The notes beneath the pieces were generated by a model. It made no database searches and was not told the DNA's origin. It saw only the letters and a program-made list of their open reading frames with translations. Shown one piece after another: positions 56,845 through 64,000 of a stretch of DNA of 64,000 nucleotides. Every line of letters starts with the position of its first letter. Positions within the stretch are counted from its first letter, which is position 1. Where the stretch lies: positions 6,903 through 70,902 of the forward strand of contig CP011216.1 of NCBI GenBank assembly GCA_001029795.1, in the 5' to 3' direction. A program made the translations under genes and the position numbers. Source of the stretch: a candidate division Kazan bacterium GW2011_GWA1_50_15 (GTDB taxonomy: Bacteria; Patescibacteriota; Kazan-3B-28).

Positions 56845-58869
56845 CTATTCTGAGTGGGCGGTGATAGTTTCTAGGTCAATTCGTCTAGCCAATTCGGGGT
56901 ATTTTTCTAAAGTGGCATCCTCGTCCAATATAGCATTGGCGGCGTCTTGGGCTTGTTTGATAGCCCGGGTATCAGTCCAGTCGGCCAACCGATAACGCAA
57001 AAATCCAGATTGAGAGTGACCGAACAACGCGCCGGGACCTCTAAGCTGCAAGTCCAGTTCGGCTAGTTTAAATCCATCGTCAGTTTTAGAAAACATCCCT
57101 AACCGCTCCATAATTTCTGGATTCGCCTCGCTTGGTGCGATGAAACAATACGACTGCAAGTCACTCCGGCCGACCCGGCCGCGGAGCTGATGCAGTTGCG
57201 AGAGGCCGAATCGCTCGGCGCCTTCAATTAACATCACGGTGGCGTTAGGGATGTCGATGCCAACCTCGATGACGGTAGTGGCCACCAAGATCTGCAATTT
57301 ACCGGCCTTGAAGTCAGCCATCACATTGGTTTTTTGCTCCGAGGTTAACCGGCCGTGCAGGAGGCCCACCGTAAAATGCGGGAAAAGTTTTTGGATATTC
57401 TTGTACTCGGCTTCGGCGGACTTGGCCGATAACTTGGCGCTGGTTTCGATCAAGGGCGTGATGACGAACACTTGATGGCCACTCTCCAGTTCGCTCATCA
57501 TTCGTTTGTAGGCCAACTGTCGCTGGTCGGGTTCGAGGGCTTGGGTCAAAATCGGTTTGCGGTTTAAGGGTTTATGGGGAATAACCGAAATATCCAAGTC
57601 GCCGAACGCGGTTAACGCGAGCGAGCGGGGGATAGGGGTGGCGGTCAGTGAGATGAAGTGAGGAGTATGGCCTTTGGTTTTGAGCGCTTCTCGTTGTTTA
57701 ACGCCAAAACGATGTTGTTCATCAATAATGACCAAATTCAGGTTTTTAAATTTTACAGTTGATTGGATAAGCGCATGCGTACCAATGAACGCATTGGCCG
57801 TGTCAGACCCCTCTTGGTAGGCCTGCGTGCGCAAAGCGCAGTTAACGCCAAACTCTTTTAAGAGCGGGGCGACGGATAGATAATGCTGGCGAGCCAGTAC
57901 CTCGGTCGGCGCCATCAGTGCCGATTGAAAGCCTTGTTTGGCGGCTTGAATCATAATAATTGCCGCTAAAATGGTTTTGCCGGAGCCGACATCACCCTGC
58001 AGCAGGCGATTGGTCGGCTTGCCGTCGGCAAGATCTTGTAGAAGTTCCCATAGGGCCCGCTTCTGGCCGTTGGTTAAAGTAAAGGGCAGTTTGGCTAAAA
58101 TTTGTTTGACCAACTCCACATCAGCCGCGATCGGACGGGCAGATTCTTGTTTCAGAAATCTTTTGACACTCTGGACGGCGAGTTGGGTCAAAAGCAGTTC
58201 GTCAAAACCCAGCCGGTCTTTCGCGGACTGCAAGAGCTCGAGCGAGGCAGGGAAGTGGATCCCTTCCAGTGCGGTCGCTAGGTCGACTAGTTGGTACTTT
58301 TGGCGGATGCCGTCTGGGAGATAGTCGGGGATAGCGCGGATGGTCGGAAGCAGGACTTTGATCAATCGCCGGAAGATCTTAGTGGTAACTCCCAAGCTTT
58401 CCGGATAGACCGGAACGATACGGCCGCTATGGAGGGGAGTTCGCTCCTCGCCGGACGCCAAAGCTGGTTCCAAGCTGGGGCTGACTAGGGTCAGGCCTTT
58501 GGCGTTCTTTTCCACTCGCCCGGTCAGGTAGTACTCGGCTCCTTTTTTGAGAGTGGTGCGGAGGTAGGGCTGGTTGAACCAGACCACGGTGATGGAACCG
58601 GTGCCGTCGCTCAATACTCCCTGGGTCAGCATCATCCGTTTGTGGGGAGTGCGGAAGGCCGAAAAGGTCGTGAGAACGGCCCTGATGGTGTACTTAGACC
58701 CGTCTGCCTGGAGGCCGGAAATGGGGGTCAGGTGGGTGAGGTCCTCCCAAGTCCGGGGGAGGTAGTAGAGGAGGTCAGAAGCCGTTTCCAGGCCCAAATA
58801 GCCCAGCTTTTGGGCTATAGCGGGGCCGACCCCGGGGAGGTGGCTTAAGGAGGAGGCGGGGGAGAGCAT
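56845..58869 (-). CDS. recG: ATP-dependent DNA helicase RecG
   Basis: Wedge/OB N-terminus, Walker A GDVGSGKT, DEQHRFG, and the helicase C-terminal QLRGRVGR motif. Confidence 0.9.
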   Translation of the reverse strand: MLSPASSLSHLPGVGPAIAQKLGYLGLETASDLLYYLPRTWEDLTHLTPISGLQADGSKYTIRAVLTTFSAFRTPHKRMMLTQGVLSDGTGSITVVWFNQPYLRTTLKKGAEYYLTGRVEKNAKGLTLVSPSLEPALASGEERTPLHSGRIVPVYPESLGVTTKIFRRLIKVLLPTIRAIPDYLPDGIRQKYQLVDLATALEGIHFPASLELLQSAKDRLGFDELLLTQLAVQSVKRFLKQESARPIAADVELVKQILAKLPFTLTNGQKRALWELLQDLADGKPTNRLLQGDVGSGKTILAAIIMIQAAKQGFQSALMAPTEVLARQHYLSVAPLLKEFGVNCALRTQAYQEGSDTANAFIGTHALIQSTVKFKNLNLVIIDEQHRFGVKQREALKTKGHTPHFISLTATPIPRSLALTAFGDLDISVIPHKPLNRKPILTQALEPDQRQLAYKRMMSELESGHQVFVITPLIETSAKLSAKSAEAEYKNIQKLFPHFTVGLLHGRLTSEQKTNVMADFKAGKLQILVATTVIEVGIDIPNATVMLIEGAERFGLSQLHQLRGRVGRSDLQSYCFIAPSEANPEIMERLGMFSKTDDGFKLAELDLQLRGPGALFGHSQSGFLRYRLADWTDTRAIKQAQDAANAILDEDATLEKYPELARRIDLETITAHSE

Positions 58870-59635
58870 AGAGGATAGTTAAAAGTGGTAAGTGATAGGT
58901 GAAAAGTTAAAGAGGGGGAGGGGAGCCATAGGAGGGAAAGTGGCATAAAGTGGCTCTGGGAGCGATAAAACTCTTGACCAAACCCGATAAAAGGAGTATA
59001 CTTAAAGGATACCAGATGACGGGTAAGGAGGGTGGTCATATCAGATAAGAAGAACCACCTTTAAATGCAGAAGTCACCAAAGATAATCGATTTTTCTGGG
59101 ATGCAGTTTGATGTTAATAGGCGTCCGGGTTGGCGGTTGCGCCGCCGGGCCTGGGCTTTGAAATCTCGTAACTATGTCGCTCACAATGTCCGCACTATTT
59201 TCCAAAATCTATTTGGTGTCTAAATTGGCCTTGACCCGTTCGAGCATTTGGGTCAAAGATCAGTTTGAAAGTTTAGTGGTGGCGATGGAGTCGTTTGCCG
59301 CGGGACTTGGTTTGTAATTTTTTTCTGTCATGCTGAGTTTGTCGAAGCATCTAGGTCGAAAGGCCGTTTTTTTGTTTTATTTCCAAGGGTTTACACCACC
59401 CTTGATGGGAGTTCTTTTTGCCACCATTTTGCTCACCCAAAACGGTGGCGCCAAAAGGGTGCCCCACTCCCAAACTGCTATCCGAAAGGCAAAATCTTCT
59501 TTCTGGCTTTCGGCGAACTCCTCCTCGCCGACTCGTCGTTAGACAACGCCTTCGCTGCGAAGATTTTGCTATCGGAGAACGCAGTTCGCTCGATGGGTCC
59601 CAAGCAGATAGGATGGGCCCACGCCAAAGGGCCAA

Positions 59636-60829
59636 TTATTTGAGTTGGATAAATCTCCGTTTACCGACTTGGATGATGGTGCCTTTGACTGGTTCCACCA
59701 TAAAGTTGATGTCGGAGATGATGTGGTGGTCCACCCGCACACCGCGCTGTTCGATCAATCGCTTAGCCTCGGATTTAGAATTAGCCAAGCCGCTGTCCGC
59801 TAACAAATCAGTTAGTCCCCTGGCTTTTTTCAAATTGTAGGATTCCATCTCGTCCGGCTCGCCTTTCGTTCTAAAGACCCGGATGAAATTTTCTTCGGCC
59901 TTTTTAGCCGCCGCTTCGCCGTGGTACATTTCAGCGATGGCAAACGCCAACCGCATTTTAATATCGCGCGGGTTGGTTTTGGCAGACTTGAGTTCCTTTT
60001 TGATGGCGGCGATTTCTGTGGCTGGCAGATTGGTGACCATTTCAAAATAAGTCGCGATGACGGAATCCGGCAGAGACATAATTTTGCCGTACTGACTGCC
60101 GGCATCCTCAGTGACGCCGATGTCATTACCCAAACTCTGGCTCATCTTTTGTTTACCATCAGTGCCAACCAGTAAGGGTACGGCCAAGATGGCCTGCGGG
60201 GCCTGGCCAAAATCAACCTGCAGGTCACGGCCGCGCATCTCGTTGAAGATCTGGTCGGTGCCGATGACGGTGGCGTCCGATTCAATAGCGACCGAGTCAT
60301 AGCCCTGCAGCATCGGATAGACCGGTTCGTGAAAACCGATCTCTTGATGGGCCTTCATCCTACGCTGGAACATATCCCGCTCGATCATTTGAGCATAAGT
60401 AAAATGTCCCATCAGGCGGATGAGGTCTTCGGCCGACAGCTTATCGAGCCACTCGCCGTTGTAGCGGATCTCGGTTTTTTTGGGGTCTAAAATCGTTAGG
60501 GCCTGGCGGATGTAATGTTCGGCCATCTTTTTCACCTCCCGGGCATCACGGAGTTGGCGAGTTTTTTCCTTACCGGTCGGGTCGCCGAAGCGGGCGGTAA
60601 AATCGCCAATGACATAGACCACCGTGTGGCCGAGTTCCTGGAATTCGCGGAGTTTATGGTAGACCACCGAGTAGCCCAAGTGCAGGTCGGGTGTGGTTGG
60701 GTCCACCCCGTGTTTGATGCGGAGTTTCCGGCCGGAGGTCAGTTTGGCTCGCAGTTCCTTCTCGCCGATGATTTTGTCCACTCGGCGGGTCAAGAGGTCT
60801 TTCAGCTGGGTTTGACTAGGTTTTAGCAT
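59636..60829 (-). CDS. tyrS: Tyrosyl-tRNA synthetase (class I, with C-terminal S4 domain)
   Basis: HIGH-type HLGY, KMSQS (KMSKS), C-terminal S4-like LANSKSEAKRLIEQRGVRV. Confidence 0.8.
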   Translation of the reverse strand: MLKPSQTQLKDLLTRRVDKIIGEKELRAKLTSGRKLRIKHGVDPTTPDLHLGYSVVYHKLREFQELGHTVVYVIGDFTARFGDPTGKEKTRQLRDAREVKKMAEHYIRQALTILDPKKTEIRYNGEWLDKLSAEDLIRLMGHFTYAQMIERDMFQRRMKAHQEIGFHEPVYPMLQGYDSVAIESDATVIGTDQIFNEMRGRDLQVDFGQAPQAILAVPLLVGTDGKQKMSQSLGNDIGVTEDAGSQYGKIMSLPDSVIATYFEMVTNLPATEIAAIKKELKSAKTNPRDIKMRLAFAIAEMYHGEAAAKKAEENFIRVFRTKGEPDEMESYNLKKARGLTDLLADSGLANSKSEAKRLIEQRGVRVDHHIISDINFMVEPVKGTIIQVGKRRFIQLK

Positions 60830-60950
60830 ACCTGTATTGTATCAGAACGACAGGTGGGACGGATGGTATAATAGGAGACGTTCTCCCCTGTCATCCTGAA
60901 TTCATTTCAGGATCTGGATTCTGAAACTAGTTCAGAATGACGATACTTAT

Positions 60951-63491
60951 ATGAGCGAGTTAATGCCCTTTGGGCCCAATTACGACAAGATTAGGCAAAA
61001 AATGCTGGGACGCAAGGTGGCCCGCCGCACCCGCCGCTGGTTGTTTTCATATTTGGGCAATATCGGCATCGACACCACTCCCCGGCTAATTTTAGCTATC
61101 GGTATTGCGGTGTTGTTCGTTTTTAGCTTTTTTACGGCAGCCTTTTCGATCGGACTCCCCAACCCGGCTCGGCTGACCATCTACACCGCGACTGAATCGA
61201 CTAAGGTCTATGACCGCAACGGCGAGGTACTATATGACATCTTTAATCAAAAGAATCGGACAACGGTGGCCTATGATGACATTCCGGAGGTGGTCAAGCA
61301 AGCGACGATCGCCATTGAGGACAAGGATTTTTATCATCACAAAGGATTCGATATCAAAGGACTGTTGCGCGGGTTGATATTAAAACCATTAACCGGCAGC
61401 GGGTTCCAGGGTGGTTCAACTATCACTCAACAGTTTGTTAAGAACGCTTTGCTCACTTCTAGCCGGACCATCGCGCGCAAGACCCGAGAACTGATTCTTG
61501 CCTTTGAGATCGAGCAGATCTACTCCAAAGATAAAATTTTGGAGTTGTATCTAAATGAGATTCCTTACGGCAATTCAGCCTACGGTATCGAAGCCGCGGC
61601 TCAGACATATTTTGGTAAGGATATCAAAGATATTGCCTTGCCGGAGGCTGCGCTGTTGGCGGCTCTGCCGCAAGCTCCCAGCCGGTACTCTCCTTATGGC
61701 CAGAATCCGGATTTGTTGATGGCCAGAAAAGATCTGGTCTTAACCCAGATGCAGAAGCAGGGCTACATTACCGCTAAGGAGATGGATGAGGCTAAGACTG
61801 CGGAGATAGTTATCCAGCCGCGGAAGGACTCCATCCGCGCGCCGCACTTTGTCATGTATGTTAAAGAACTTTTGGCCGACAAGTATGGCGAAAAAGCGGT
61901 TGAGGAGGGCGGTTGGAAGATTACCACAACGTTAGATTGGGATAAACAAAAAGCAGCCGAAGACGCCATCACTACTTACGGCGAATCAAATATGACACGG
62001 TATAAAGCCAGTAACGAATCATTGGTGTCGATCGATCCCAACACCGGCGAGATCCTCGCCATGGTGGGAAGCCGCGACTATTTGAATATGGAAATTGATG
62101 GTCAGTTGAATGTCGCGCTGAGGCCGCGCCAGCCAGGTTCAGCTATCAAACCCATCGTCTATGCGACTGCGTTTAAAAAAGGTTATGGTCCAGCTACGAT
62201 GCTGACGGATGTGTCGACCGATTTTGGGCAAGGGTATCAGCCGCGTAATTTTGACGGGACATTCCAGGGACCGCTGCCTTTGCGTGAGGCATTGGCTAAC
62301 TCAATTAACATCCCAGCGGTCAAAACTTTGGCCTATGCCGGTATTCAAGATGTGATCGATACCGCTCATGATATGGGGATAACGACTCTTAACGACGGGC
62401 CGGATCGGTACGGCTTGTCGCTAACCTTGGGTGGTGGCGAAGTGACCTTACTTGATCTAACCTCCGCCTACGGCGTGTTCGCCACGGGCGGGATGTATAG
62501 CCCACCAATGGCGATATTGAAAGTGGAAGATAAGAACGGTAGGACCATTGAAGAGTTTACGCCGGCCAAACCCAAACGGGTATTGGACGCACAAGTGGCA
62601 TATCTCATCAATAATATCTTGTCTGATGACAGCGCTCGGGCGCGTATCTTTGGGATGGGAGGCCCCTTAACATTGCCAGGACGAACCGTGGCGGCCAAGA
62701 CAGGTACTACTAACGATTTTAAGGACGGTTGGACTCTTGGGTATACACCTGACCTGGTGGCGGGGGTGTGGGCTGGGAACAATCGTAATGCCGAGATGAC
62801 GGCGGCATCGGGGCTAGTGGCCGCACCGACCTGGAACCGGTATATGAGGACGGTATTGAGCGGTGTCGGCAATAAATCGTTCCCCCGCCCGGATGGAATT
62901 CGCGATGTAGAGGTAGACGCACTGTCCGGGAAATTGCCAACCGACGCTTCTCCGTCCAGAAAGACAGAAATCTTTACTAGTTGGGGTGTGCCGACTGAAA
63001 GTGATGGCATTCATATAAAGGTAAAGGTTATGGCGGCTGACCCAACTAAATTGGCACCCGCGAATGCGCCAGATAGTTTGGTGGTAGAAAAAATATTTAG
63101 CGTTATTCACTCCGAACGACCGGATAATTCTAATTGGGAGAACCCGGTTATCGCTTGGGCCAAGGCGCACGAGATGAATAATGTCCCCACCGAAACTTAT
63201 TCTGGGCCATTGGACGGCAGTGTCCTGCCGGGGATTAGCATTGTTTCCCCTACCTCCGGACAAAAAATTACCGGGGATTTCGCGGTGACAGCGACCGTGG
63301 GTGACGCTGGGAGTGTTAAACGAGTGGACTTTTTGTATGACAACACGCTGATGGGGCAAGTCAGCGCGCCGGGGCCGTTCATATACACTATTAAACCGCC
63401 GAAGTTGGATGGGAAGGCACACACGGTGATGGTGCGGCTAGTCCGGAACGATACAACCACAGCCGAGGCTAGCACTCAGGTGGGCGCTTAG
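60951..63491 (+). CDS. Class A penicillin-binding protein (PBP1A-type: transglycosylase + transpeptidase)
   Basis: GT51 motifs ATIAIEDKDFYHH and RKTRELILA. Transpeptidase SxxK context PGSAIKP, SxN, KTGT. Confidence 0.9.
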   Translation: MSELMPFGPNYDKIRQKMLGRKVARRTRRWLFSYLGNIGIDTTPRLILAIGIAVLFVFSFFTAAFSIGLPNPARLTIYTATESTKVYDRNGEVLYDIFNQKNRTTVAYDDIPEVVKQATIAIEDKDFYHHKGFDIKGLLRGLILKPLTGSGFQGGSTITQQFVKNALLTSSRTIARKTRELILAFEIEQIYSKDKILELYLNEIPYGNSAYGIEAAAQTYFGKDIKDIALPEAALLAALPQAPSRYSPYGQNPDLLMARKDLVLTQMQKQGYITAKEMDEAKTAEIVIQPRKDSIRAPHFVMYVKELLADKYGEKAVEEGGWKITTTLDWDKQKAAEDAITTYGESNMTRYKASNESLVSIDPNTGEILAMVGSRDYLNMEIDGQLNVALRPRQPGSAIKPIVYATAFKKGYGPATMLTDVSTDFGQGYQPRNFDGTFQGPLPLREALANSINIPAVKTLAYAGIQDVIDTAHDMGITTLNDGPDRYGLSLTLGGGEVTLLDLTSAYGVFATGGMYSPPMAILKVEDKNGRTIEEFTPAKPKRVLDAQVAYLINNILSDDSARARIFGMGGPLTLPGRTVAAKTGTTNDFKDGWTLGYTPDLVAGVWAGNNRNAEMTAASGLVAAPTWNRYMRTVLSGVGNKSFPRPDGIRDVEVDALSGKLPTDASPSRKTEIFTSWGVPTESDGIHIKVKVMAADPTKLAPANAPDSLVVEKIFSVIHSERPDNSNWENPVIAWAKAHEMNNVPTETYSGPLDGSVLPGISIVSPTSGQKITGDFAVTATVGDAGSVKRVDFLYDNTLMGQVSAPGPFIYTIKPPKLDGKAHTVMVRLVRNDTTTAEASTQVGA

Positions 63492-63718
63492 GGGTTCTTT
63501 TCTTGCTCTGGGAGAGTTTTTGCAGTACAAGATAAGCGCCTATCTTTTCGGGTAAAGTTACTTTCTCCGCGCCGACCAGCGCGGAGTTTTCTTAAATAGG
63601 AGAATAGGTGAGATAAGATTAGGGTTGTCATCTCGGATGAGGCGTGTTAAGGTGGGTGCGCACAACCTGATCCAGGTCGTGTTATCCGTTATATCAGGTT
63701 AAGCGAGGGAGATCTCAC

Positions 63719-63913
63719 ATGAACGACGAAATGAATGTGAACCCGGCTGACGACCAAGCCACTCCGGCCGTTTCCGCTGACGCGGAGATGGAGACCGAGG
63801 TAGCGGAAGAGGAAGCCGAAGCCGAGGCCCCCATGGCCGAAGCGACCGAAGCCGATGATTCGGCTGAGGCCAAGGAAGCCTCTGAAGAGGGTTCCGACGA
63901 GATGGCTGCCTAA
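63719..63913 (+). CDS. Small highly acidic hypothetical protein (Ala/Glu/Asp-rich)
   Basis: ORF with low-complexity acidic composition, followed by a terminator. Coding status uncertain. Confidence 0.3.
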   Translation: MNDEMNVNPADDQATPAVSADAEMETEVAEEEAEAEAPMAEATEADDSAEAKEASEEGSDEMAA

Positions 63914-63934
63914 TTAGGGAGTCGTTTATCGTAA

Positions 63935-63962
63935 AAAAGGCGGCCGTGAGGCCGCCTTTTGA
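63935..63962 (+). terminator. Rho-independent terminator
   Basis: aaaaaaggcggccgtgaggccgcctttt. Confidence 0.6.
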
Positions 63963-64000
63963 AGTTTTGACGCCAATGTTTAACCCCCGAGCCGTTAGGC

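Noticed and set aside
59040-59635. RNase P RNA, tmRNA, SRP RNA or 6S RNA in the long spacer
   Set aside because: No conserved signature sequences for these RNAs were recognisable by eye. It is left as an open candidate and not called.

Overview
The 16S rRNA gene carries a group I intron and two expansion segments, the rRNA operon is split, and genes are small and tightly packed, so this looks like a Patescibacteria/CPR-type bacterial chromosome (inference). Two regions stand out.

(1) Accessory island, about 668-13,650. It is visibly AT-rich and is inserted next to tRNA-Asn(GTT). It carries two large serine recombinases, a Type II RM operon (beta-class MTase plus an MvaI/BcnI-like REase), a fused Type IIG RM enzyme, an excisionase-family HTH, and a Rep-like protein. 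At its left edge sits an SDH/ClpP-class serine protease plus a small TM protein pair of unknown function. It also contains an embedded tRNA-Arg(TCT). It is followed by a Panacea (DUF4065) plus RelE/ParE-like toxin pair, several degenerate repeats that look like the tRNA-Asn 3' end (att remnants), and a promoter-driven two-gene cargo encoding an HExxH membrane protein. A GIY-YIG nuclease gene sits between a duplicated 5' half of tRNA-Asn and the intact tRNA.

(2) Core region, about 17,600-64,000. Housekeeping genes are present: dus, rluB-like, pgeF, ftsB, tilS, ftsH, murJ, lepA, hrcA-grpE-dnaK-dnaJ, a GT2 synthase, recO, xerC/D, an LCP protein, htrA, comEA, rsmD, recG, tyrS and a class A PBP. 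Three CAU-anticodon tRNAs (elongator Met, initiator, Ile2) lie next to tilS. The 16S gene (40793-42675) is followed by a hydrolase gene and divergent tRNA-Ala/tRNA-Ile, with no 23S in the window. A 13-nt inverted-repeat arm (cccgccaatttag) bounds both 16S expansions and an intergenic hairpin. A pair of about 170-nt intergenic repeats with compensatory stems looks like a structured ncRNA family.
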